DNA of 64,000 bases, taken from contig NW_027192198.1 of assembly GCF_041956535.1 (NCBI RefSeq), positions 62,001 to 126,000 on the forward strand, read 5' to 3'. The translations under genes were made by a program, and so were the position numbers. The DNA comes from Calcarisporiella thermophila CBS 279.70. Lineage: Eukaryota; Fungi; Calcarisporiellomycota. The notes beneath the pieces were generated by a model. That model was not told the DNA's origin and searched no databases. It saw only the letters and a program-made list of their open reading frames with translations. Positions 53,785-64,000 of the stretch are shown piece after piece (positions within the stretch are counted from its first letter, which is position 1; every line of letters begins with the position of its first letter).

Positions 53785-55419
53785 TGTGAATATTGTTATT
53801 TTTATGCGAACCGTTATTTTTTTGAAAGAGCGAGAATATTAACAATGAATTGACTTTATATAAGAAAGAATTATATGTGGCTTTGCATAATGCCTTCAAC
53901 GGTGGCTCGAAAGAAGGCAATGCATATTTTTGTTGGAAAAAGTGATTCATGCTCGGATATTAATAACGTGGAAAAGGCTTGGTGGCAATAAGACTAAAGT
54001 CGTGTCTCCTCCTTTCTTTAATTTTTTTCTTTACTAATCAAGGAAGAAGCGTGACCCGAATCTATTAATAGCTCGAATTAATATGCAAAGGAGGGACTGT
54101 TATAATATATAAATAGGAGATATCGAATTGAAGATACTAGATTATAGAAACTCAGCCATCTAAAGAATCGTGGCTTTTATAACTAAATAATGTGTGAAAA
54201 ACTCGCAACTCTGCCCGCAAGCTAGCAAGAATAGTTTAAGGGGGAAAATAGCCGAAGTGGCGAAACTAATGCTGTATAAATCACCAGTGGCATCCTTCAA
54301 GTATCTGCAGTCCACATCCTGAAAAAATGCAAACAGAGCAATAATCTATTATCAATTTCAAAAACAACGAAAAAGCTAACGCCGCTTATGCGCACAATTG
54401 GGATTTAGAGATATTTTATCTGCAAGCCAAGTCAGCACTAGTACTACATTATACTTTTTTTTTCACTTCCTCAATGTGGATGAGGATGTTACATCCCTAT
54501 ATCAGTACAAAAGTGGTAAACCATGAGAAGAAACGGAGCTTCTGAGGCACTAAGGTTGCATACGACATCTATAACTTCGTATATACAGCATGCAATATTG
54601 TCTATTACTGAGCATTTGTATGATAAAAGGTCGGTCCAAGATATTGGAACGCCAATAATGCAAGAGATTTCTACTATCTTGTTTCTGAATTCAAATATTG
54701 CATAGATGGGGATGTAGAATATTTGCATTGTGTTTACAAGAACCGCGGGTTTGGTTCACTTCGCGTACATTTGGGGGCAAAATTGAGAATATTTTTACGA
54801 ATTTTTTCTTAAATATATTCTGATCAGATGAAATATAATGCAAGAGGTTGTAATATTAAACAGAGGTGGAGCTACACCTTATGCTGATTCACCTGCTACC
54901 CGGGCCATTAATGCATAATACCAGTAAAACTATAAGTAGTTCCAAGAATATTATGGGAAAATCTGCTATCCTGCCTCTACAAAAATCTATAAAATGTTTA
55001 GAAAACATTGAGCATAATGAATCCCGAATAAAAACCTTTCTGTGCTTATATGTTTTCGCATCGTTACATATATTCTATATGCTCTTATGTGCTCCCCTTT
55101 ATATTTTGATTTTATGAATTAATAATGAATAATTAACGAATGATAAATTAATCGTAAATAATGAATAAGGTACTTATTTAAAGATAATTCTATTAAATGG
55201 AATTATTTTTGTATTACAAATTTTGTACCCTAGTATAACTTTTAATTACCGCTAAGTTGATTAAATGTTATATTTTTTAACTACTAGTAACACTTTTACT
55301 TTAATTACCCTTGCGTCAAATTAATATTTTAGTTTCAAGTTGAGCGTAACGTTTATATTTTAAATCTTTTCATTCGCTTTTGTAAAAAGGCTTTTATCTT
55401 CATTTCCGATCTCAAATCC

Positions 55420-55960
55420 CCTATATTCAAAGGTCGAGACGAAATAATAGGATGGATGAACGTTTAGTATTGGATTTGAATTTGAGGGCAGAGCGCTCGG
55501 ATCTAACTACTAAATGCTCTAACAATTTATGTTCACGATCAGGCAAACTCAGTTCGCATAACGGAATACTTATGAGAAATGTATCAACAGAGAAAAGCGT
55601 TTTCATATTACGATTTCGATTTTCAAAAGCCGTAAATACTTATTGCATTACCACTGGTATTGTCGAACATAATCATCCTTTGGAGCCCGAAGATATTCGT
55701 TTTACTCGCAGATTTCGTAGACCCAACCCTAAAACGGGGCAATTTGCTCAGAACATTGTTCAATTTGGAGGCAGCGTTTCTCTTGCAATTCGTCCAAATA
55801 GAATCCATTCAGGCTAAAGATAATGCTATAGCGACAATTGCTAGAAATAAAAGGGTGAACTATCCGAAATTGCTGCCTTGTTGACCAAGCTTGAGAATTC
55901 AACCGAATATACCATCAAATACGTATTGGAGAATGGTAAACTGTAAAATAGATTTTGGGT
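55420..55960 (+). mobile_element. Degenerate MULE/FAR1-like transposase fragment
   Basis: FILRFRF...CITTGIVEHNHPL resembles the FAR1/WRKY-GCM1 DNA-binding domain. Stops and frameshifts follow; AT-rich flanks. Confidence 0.45.
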
Positions 55961-56418
55961 GCGTATTTCGTATATTTCACTTGTAAGTCATTGTGGAATT
56001 CTTCAATGTAACATTAAACCTTATTTTTCAACCACCTCTTTCCCACCACGATTAGCCCTTGAACCGATGGCCGGGAACTATTGCGAGAACAGTCAAAGAA
56101 TAATTATATTCCAAATCCCTCTACCCTATTTTTCCTCTGGGTATGAGTATGGATACAAAAAATTTCCACAATGTATTATTGATCCATGATCAAAGTATCC
56201 CATAAATTCAACCCATTTCTTAGTCTCATTGATTGACGAAATAAAGCAAAATATTTTTTTAAAAATAAATCAACAGATCCATAATTTGCTGCTCGTTAAA
56301 CCAGTACAGGTCAAATACATGCAAAGGAATCACTGTACATTACTAGTGGGTTATTGTTAGGGTCAGTTAAATAATGCGTATCGAAGTGCTAAAAGATACA
56401 ATTCACAGGATAGAAAAC

Positions 56419-58072
56419 TCAATTGACAGTAACACTCTTCCCTTGCGAATCAACAAAGCTCCCGTGAAGTGAAGGGAGCGTGAATTCGCCAATTCTGGCC
56501 CGCGCCAGCTCTTTGAAAGTCTTTCCATCCAACACTACAAGGAAACAATCTTCCGATGTAGCCGAGTTCACCACGCTCACTACCGCACCATCATCTTCTT
56601 CGGTTGCTCCCGGTCGTGGAATGAAAATAGGCTCTGAGCACGAATAGCCCGGCTCTTCCCAATTGATAGTGGTACCCTTTTCAAGATCTCCCTTGCCAAG
56701 TCCGCTGAGGAGACCCTCTCCTCCTTTTGTTTTTGTAACGGTCACTCCATATACATATCGGTTACGGCGGCGCTCAAAGTTAGAGTTGATGCGTGCGAGC
56801 TCAAACTTCACATTGGTATCGTGCACTTCAACCTTTGCCACCGTCTTATTGTTTGGCTCGCTTTGTTGACGAGCCACTTCCCTTATGTTGCGCAGGCGAT
56901 ATCTCCGCACCATGACTTTAGGTCCGGGTTTCTTCTCCGAAGGATTGTAATATCCGGCCGGCTGTGCCTCTCCCGGCTTTTTTCCAAACTCATACGACCA
57001 CCAGATAACGTCGGCGTTGTCGTATGCACTTGCATCAAAAACGATGTCGTCCCCTTCGTCCCAAGCATTGAGCGTGTGAAACGCGAAGCAAGGCGGTCCT
57101 TCATAGGTGGCAATATGGCCCCCCGAAATACGATCTACGACGTGGTATAGTGTAGGGAGTTTCTCATCCCAATAGAATGAATCGACTAAATTGCCATAAT
57201 ATAAGACTGAGAGACCTCCCCAACTCTAAAAGGAAAAGTGATCAGTGAGACTTTGAAACTAATCAATGGAAGCTTCGGTCAGGCTAACTTACATAATAGA
57301 GAGGGTAGTTGGGGAGAATAATATATTTGTCGGTCATGGAGAAGGAATGGATATAGGATGGAACGACCGGCTTGCCGGTAACCAAGTGTTTACCTACGTC
57401 TCCAAAGATGCGCACGCTGCTGTCTCTGCCGAGGCCGAAGAGTCGGAACTGCATGGTGCGACCAAATTTGAAAACAAAGTTCACGTATTCTTTCTCGTCT
57501 TCTTGATGATGCGCTGCGCTGAGATCCCCTTTAAGTCTTTCGTCAAATAGGCCGTAATCGAATAGTTTAATTGGCTCTAGAGTGATGGGGTCCAGCTGCT
57601 GCAAACTATTGGCATCGGTCTTGGCGACTAAGGCGCCCTTCTCTCCAAGTGGGAAGTTGGGTGTCACAGTCACGTTGACAACAGAGCTGCTCGGGTCTCG
57701 CTTTTCCGTTCTGGCACCCTTACCTCCAAGGGTCATTTTATAAAAAGATTGTAGGCGATGGAAAATGGTCTGGCATGGATCTCGACCAAAGGAAAAGGCA
57801 GGCTCGCCTCTCAGGAGACGCTCTTCATAAGCGCGCGCGGTTCGACGATTTGAGTAGCGCACTTTTCCATCGGCAAATTCGAAGCGATGGACTACAGGAA
57901 GCGCGTCAAAGGGGTGATTCACGGTGTATTGACGCGTGCCGTCCGGGGAGGAGAGGTGGAAGACCCCACCACCCATGCGGTAAAGCACCCCACTTACCCA
58001 GGCCGGAAGCTTGCCCTCCACATCCAGGGCAATTTGTTGGGTAATCTCATGGCAATTTGTGAACGGTTTCAT
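56419..58072 (-). CDS. Carotenoid cleavage oxygenase (RPE65/CCD family)
   Basis: VEGKLPAWVSGVLYR, four candidate Fe-ligand His (SAAHH, YIHSF, FAFHTLNAW, SLHGSF), SEPIFIPRPG and EDDG. One intron near 57226-57290; the frame is intact across it. Confidence 0.9.
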
Positions 58073-58816
58073 TTTGTCTTGCTATTATTCGAGAGCAAGG
58101 AGAAGTCTGATCAAGTGGTATAAAGTGGATATTCTTATCTTTTCTCATGAATTGCTGCGTATTTATATTCATTCGTGCATAAACATTACCGCATCCTTTC
58201 TGCTCTTGGCTATTATCGGTCATTATTGCCAAATCCGCTATCCTAAGGCCGAGTATGGATTGAGAGGCGGTAATGTCAATAGCTCGGATGTTTTTCACCA
58301 ATTTTGTTATCCGTATGCCGAAAATGTGTTTACTCCGCCTTCTTTTTGCAAATCGGCCTCATTAGCGCAGCCAATGGGATGAGTGGGCTGTGCATTAGGA
58401 ATCTCTTTTTACTGTAGAACGTTAATTATTTGATACCTATCAAAATAGCCAAGCCATCTTTCCATAACTTTTTTATAACCTTATATAGCGACCATCCCAT
58501 TTATCGAAGTATTAAAAACCTATCTAACTTAGACTGCCTTTGGCTATAATGTCTATTAGAAAACCTCGGGAACTGTGCCAATAAATACTTATCCTAGCCT
58601 GCTCACCCAAGAGTGAACATCCCTGCTGCGCCGTTGCGCTTCTGTGCACTCTAGTTTTCCTATTAAGCGGAAGCCAGCTTGGAGCTTTACCTAAGAGAGG
58701 CCTTTATTGGATATTGTGATAATAAAAAATAGATACATAAATACGGCCATGTGACAAAAAATATGAAGAATTACGGCGAGATGGATCTTTCGAATATAGA
58801 TCAAGCATTAAGCTAA

Positions 58817-59335
58817 TCAAGAGTAGTCTCCTTTGATAACTGCACGGCATCCTTTGGTTGGCATCCCAATTGGGCAATTGCCGTCGTTGCAGCATCGGAG
58901 GCAATAGATGCCCTCGTTTGGCTCGACAAACGAAACGAATTTCTTGTATTTTTTGCAGATTGAACCGGGCGGAGCTCGCACGCTGAACTGCCCGCCCTGG
59001 TCATGCTTCTTGAGGTTATACTTCTTCCGGTCTAATCTCCCGGTGATTTGGACATATTTCCTCTTGGCCACGAAATGAGCCGAGATAATAAAGCCGCCGG
59101 GAAAAGTGCGGTGTCCGGGAGCTTGCAACTGGGAAGTTTCTTTAGTGCAGAAGGACACTGCATCATGGATATGGCCCGGGATACTTCCACCCGGCGAGGG
59201 CGGCAAGAAGAGACAGAAGTTTGTGTCGCTGATGGCAGCCAAAGTCTTCCCAGGAGGATCAGCAGGGGCGCGCTTGATTGCACTAGCAGCAGCCAGGCCC
59301 ATCAGAGCCAACAGTTGAAGAAGGGTAGTGCGCAT
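58817..59335 (-). CDS. Secreted Cys-rich basic protein of a fungal FCLFLPP/YVQITG-type family
   Basis: Signal peptide, KR site, then FCLFLPP, GFIISAHF, YVQITG, DQGGQ, FVEP and YCLRCC; 8 Cys. Confidence 0.78.
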   Translation of the reverse strand: MRTTLLQLLALMGLAAASAIKRAPADPPGKTLAAISDTNFCLFLPPSPGGSIPGHIHDAVSFCTKETSQLQAPGHRTFPGGFIISAHFVAKRKYVQITGRLDRKKYNLKKHDQGGQFSVRAPPGSICKKYKKFVSFVEPNEGIYCLRCCNDGNCPIGMPTKGCRAVIKGDYS

Positions 59336-61344
59336 ATCGATAAAGGCTTGTGTTCAAGTGTCTTGTTTGATTGATAGTGATTGATATAGAGCTAGAGGAG
59401 GTTGTTGACAGCTTATATACCTATTGAGAAAAGACTGACATTTTTAGAACGGAAGGTCAGAAGATATGGATGGTGGTTTATATTTTTAGAGAATAGTGCA
59501 ACAAGAGAAGCCGAAAGGTATTTTTAGCGGGTGTTGTGTTGAGCGAGGACAGAGAAAGTATTTTTCGCGAAAAAATGAGATAGCAAAAATAGTGGCAAAA
59601 TGGCTGTCTTTCGGTGAGGAATCAACGTAAGCAGAAAAACAGAAGGAGCTAAGCCCCCTTGTTCCGGAATAACAAAAGCGTCTTGGGCCGCAGGGATAGA
59701 GTACTCGTGCATTAGTCTACCCTACATGCGTTCGTGTGAAAAACACGCGATAAACTGTACGCAACAGTAAAGCGTCCAATATATGCCTATTTTTAGACGG
59801 GATTTCAGAGAGATCTGGCTTTCTTCCCCTTAGATTTTGCTGAATATTTGAAAATCAGACTAATTTAGTCGAGAAGTACATCGTTTAATAAAGCGAGGAT
59901 TTCCCGGCGAGTATCTCTAAGCATTAAACAGATTTCTCTAATGGTATGTATTGGAAATTACAATGCGTTGAAAATCCTACTCATTAACCTCCAGGGAACA
60001 TCAAAAGTCTTTTTTTTTTAATTTAGGAAAAAGGGTTCAGATTTGAATTGCGCGAAAAACTCATATGGAGGTCTTGTGACAAAGTATTTTTAAACTGACA
60101 AAGGTAGCCTCCCAAATAATTTTAATTACCTTTTGAGTAGTTCTAGCTCGCCACTTTGCGCAAGATTTCCCATTGTCAAGAGATAGGAAATAGCGGGATC
60201 ACCCTGAAATGTATTTAATTTTTTTTTGTTTTGCTTCGTGGATTATTCAGGCTCACTAGTGATAGCAGAAGACAGATTCAACTTCAATCTTTTGAAATTA
60301 TCTAGTCACACATTATGACTGATTTACTGTGCATGCCTTAAAGCTGTTTCCGAACATGCATACCTCCCGCATGCTACTGTAAAAAACGTGAAGATGTCCA
60401 GCGAGTTGCAATAAGCCAAAGGTTGGCGGAAATCGTAGATTGCCGCAGAAGCATATTAAATCAAAACCACATCTAAATGTTTCTGCTAGAGTTGCACGAT
60501 AACTACGTTGACGCGTGTCCATATTTAATAGAATACAGAGTTAGAATTAGACCAGTTATTACTTCCCCAAAAAAGGTGTATATGGCCGTAGATGAAATCA
60601 ACGTAGAACTGAATGTAAACCCGGACTCAATGCCTTGAATGATCCTGTTTAAAATCCCATTAAAAACTACTAAAGAAAGTTGGCCTAATTGCAATTGGTG
60701 CCCTACTAACCTTGTGGTTTTTCACTCCCCTTCCACCTCCCAAACATGAGATATTCTATGAATAGCCTCTGAGAAGCTCTCAGAAATACGCTACTTTATT
60801 TGGATCACAAGAGATTTTGTCTTATTTGAAATATTTGAAAGATGCATTGGTTTATTCCTTGACTTAGGTTGTCCAGATGGTGTAATATTTTCTCTAGAAA
60901 ATCAACCTGTTTTTCTATTTTAATTCACAGCACCTTCCTCATTAATAACTGGGTTTGGAAGCAGTCGTGAATAATAAAACCATTAAGTCAACTGTCAAAC
61001 TTACGATTGGGGTGATACCCAAGCCACGATTGATAAATGAGGGAAAGGGCACCCAAATTTGTCTGTTAATCAATCTGATTCCATCATTCTTACCTTGTGA
61101 TCTGGATGTGAGCTAGTCTCAATGGACATCTATCCGCACTTGATATAATACAATATATACATATATTGCTTTCATAAATTGGCTGCTCTCATACATTATT
61201 CGAATCGACACACTTCATTTCACGTACCTGATAGACTAGACCCGTTCCCCCAATTCTTACCCATCATTTCCGTAATCAGCGATTATTTTTCTCTTTTATT
61301 ATTGCGTTTAGCGTGTCATATTAATACAGGACAATCTATTTTTA

Positions 61345-62630
61345 ATGGCGAGTAATTCTAAGTAGGCGCCGCTGTTCTTTTATTTTTAAATAGATTGTTT
61401 GATTTTTACGCGCCAACCTCGATTGTGTTTTTATCCTAGGAAATTTTCAAGCATTGAGGATGAGCTAGCCTACTACAAACAACAAGCGAAACAGCTGGCC
61501 GAAGCTCTAAACGAAACGCAGGCAGGGCTCGATGAATTCCAGCAATCGTCACGTGAGCTCGAGGATGAACTTGAACGCGAATTAGAATTACGGGAGAGAC
61601 GATGTCGAGAGCTCGAAGGACGTGTTGAGATATTGGCTGGCGAGGTGGAGGAATGGAAAGATAAATATCGTGATAGTCAAAAGGTGGCAAATCAGACAGC
61701 AGAGCAGATGCAGCGTGAAATCGAGACTTTACGTAGTTTGCACGAAACGTTCAAGGTGAGAACACGAGAGCTGGAGCTAGATAATGACGATCTCGAGAGA
61801 ACTGAGAGGTAAATTGATCGTGCTTGGGCACAGAATATCTCCAGATTGTCAGGTTGGAATTTCTTATATTCTTTTATGGGTACACATTTATAGAGCTGCG
61901 CAGAGTAGTCTACAAGACCTGGAGTCAAAATTCAATAAAATGGTGGAGCGAAATGCAATGCTAGAGAATGAACTAGAGATTAAAACACAACTTCAAGAAC
62001 AAAATCAGCGACTAAAGGATGAATTACGAGGTGAGAACATTTCCGCGCTGTTAAGGAAAGCTCACAGCGGTTACTAAATACTCCATTTTTTTACTGCCTC
62101 CCCATTTCCACCTCTCAGATGTAAATACGGAAATGGCTGTCTTGAAGCAGAAACTTCAGCATCAGGAGGAGCGGCGCAAGATGGCCTCTATCATGGAAAT
62201 CCCGATGACGCCACGCACATCACGGCTAGGAGAGAATAACCACAACCATTACAAAACCCCGATGCGTGGATTCCGCACTCCCGCAGCTATGCCCATGTCT
62301 CCGCTTACGCCGGCCAATAACCCCGTAAGAATGGTGCAGGAAATGGTTGGGCGTGTGAAAACATTAGAGGCCCGACTTCAATCCTGTCGTTCTACGCTGG
62401 TGGCCCCCCTCTTAACCACCGGTCCAACCACGGCCACCGACGTAAAAACAGCACCCGTCGCCACGATAAGTCCACCCTCCTCCATCCCAATCGCTCCCAA
62501 TTCCACCCTGATGAACCGCCCAGGCTCCCCTCGGCGGCCAACCTCGCCCGTTCCCCTCTCTCCAAAATACCGGCGAAAATCGCTAGGATTTCGTAGCGTG
62601 AGTGCGGCCGATTATCTACGAAATCATTGA
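61345..62630 (+). CDS. nudE: Nuclear distribution protein NudE/NDEL1
   Basis: EFQQSSRELEDELE, RELELDNDDLER, ERNAMLENEL, NQRLKDELRD and LEARLQSCRS motifs. Short first exon at 61345-61361. Confidence 0.9.
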
Positions 62631-62878
62631 GGATTTCTTTCTAATGTTAATACTATCCTTCCCATATGTTGTGCTCTATTTTATATTATTATGTTTTATA
62701 TACACATTATGAATATACATTTTTTAATGTTTATCGAAAGCCGCTTTGAGAGGATGCGCTTATTTGCGGAAAGAAAAAACAAAAGAAATGTAAATCAAAG
62801 ACGGTCCACTTTATAGAATCTCTTTCTAACTAAATAGCAAATTATTAATACATAATAACAAACACACTATGGATTGAT

Positions 62879-63911
62879 TTAAACACGCCCCCGTGCTGTT
62901 CTTGCAATGCGTGATGGCGCCACTCGCCCTCTTGTTGTTGTCCCCCGTGGAATTGACGATCCAGCTCGTCCTCCTGAACTAGCTGTTGTATCCGCAGAGC
63001 GCATCGTAGCTCCCGTTGCTTTCACCCCACTAGCACCTGCTCCTCTGACAGATGATGTAGTTCGAGTGACGGTGGCACGGGCAGCTGGTCGTGTTGTTGT
63101 ACGCGTGGTACCCCTTACGGAGGAGATGGTTCCGCGCAAATTGGATATGCCGCGACGGGTGGTGGTACCGCGTTTCTTTTGCTCTGCAGCAGCTAATGCA
63201 GCGGCTCTGGCCGCCGCCGCCTCCTGCTCTTGGCGGAGCCTTTCTTCATATTCTTTACGCTCTCGCTCAATTCGTTCTTCTTCCTCCCGCATGAATTCGA
63301 TATCCTAGGTTCAACACTGTCAGCAAAAGAGATAAAAAAAGGCGAGTATAAAAATAGGTACAGCATCACCGCCTTGCCATGTTGGGTCCTCTAATAAGCG
63401 GCGAGTATGTTCTGCTTGGGATAGGATACTGATCCAAATATCGAGCAGGCGGTCTGTCTGATCTATCGTTTGAGAAAATTGCTAGACGATTCAAGTGATT
63501 AGATAGACATTAATCCCAATTGGAAGGCAGCGATCAAAATTTGGTATTTACCTGGAATCGACCTCGCACTGCTTGCATATTAGTGTTAATCCCCTCCATG
63601 CCTCTATTCATTTTCTTCAATGTTTCCAGCTCTCGTATTCGCTCTTCTCTAATCTCAGGATCATCATCCGTTTCTTCTTCGATATTCTCTGTAGGCTGCG
63701 ACTGGTGTTTTAATTTTAAGTTGTGCTGGTGCAGGAGAACTCTTCGCTGCAGCTGATGTGCGGATGGAAGGGGGATATCAGGGAAGTCTGGAGAATAGTC
63801 GAGAAGTGAGGAATCGTGAGGCATCTGCTGTTCCAGGATATTATCATCAGTGTCGAGAGAATGGGAATGATCTACAGCAAGGAGGAAGGAATCATCTTCG
63901 GAGGTATCCAT
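62879..63911 (-). CDS. DUO1: DASH/Dam1 complex subunit Duo1
   Basis: ELETLKKMN..MEGI, TDRLLDIWISILSQAEHTRRLL.DPTWQG, then a coiled coil and an R/T/G-rich basic tail. Confidence 0.85.
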
Positions 63912-63947
63912 GATTGTGTTGTCTGGGAATGTTTCTCTTTAAAAAAG

Positions 63948-63962
63948 ACGCGTTAGTCGCGT
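63948..63962. promoter_or_regulatory. Tandem MCB-like elements upstream of DUO1
   Basis: ACGCGT at 63948-63953 plus TCGCGT at 63957-63962, about 40-50 nt from the ATG. Confidence 0.45.
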
Positions 63963-64000
63963 CTGGATTATATTTGACCTTTCGTGTGATGCATTATGCG

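Noticed and set aside
59400-61300. Short ORFs and a small hairpin near 60768-60784 in the AT-rich spacer
   Set aside because: No motifs or terminal inverted repeats that I can support; the 7-bp stem is consistent with chance.

Overview
Gene-dense, intron-rich fungal DNA. The short GT-AG introns with CTAAC/CTAAT branch sites and the gene content suggest an early-diverging fungus, probably Mucoromycota-like; this lineage call is an inference. About 30 protein-coding genes can be reconstructed. Positions 1-48 kb are mostly housekeeping: PalA/Rim20, Ede1-like, importin-alpha, eIF3b, RPL13, Nse3, Yip1-family, NAP1, beta-tubulin, Pol31, Fun30-like, Yju2 and a Ran1-like kinase. Positions 50-61 kb are an AT-richer, sparser block with a cAMP-receptor-like GPCR, small Cys-rich secreted proteins, a MULE/FAR1-like relic and a carotenoid cleavage oxygenase. 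NudE and Duo1 close the window. The standout is one ~1396-aa gene (14680-19057) that fuses an Osm1/Frd1-type fumarate reductase, a cytochrome b5 and a complete acyl-CoA oxidase and ends in a PTS1 (AKL). It is a candidate self-contained peroxisomal acyl-CoA:fumarate oxidoreductase. Also notable are a divergent beta-tubulin carrying Ala198, an unannotated 42-aa CCHC-like microprotein in an apparently spliced transcript, and MCB boxes upstream of cell-cycle genes. Exon boundaries were inferred by eye and no database searches were run.
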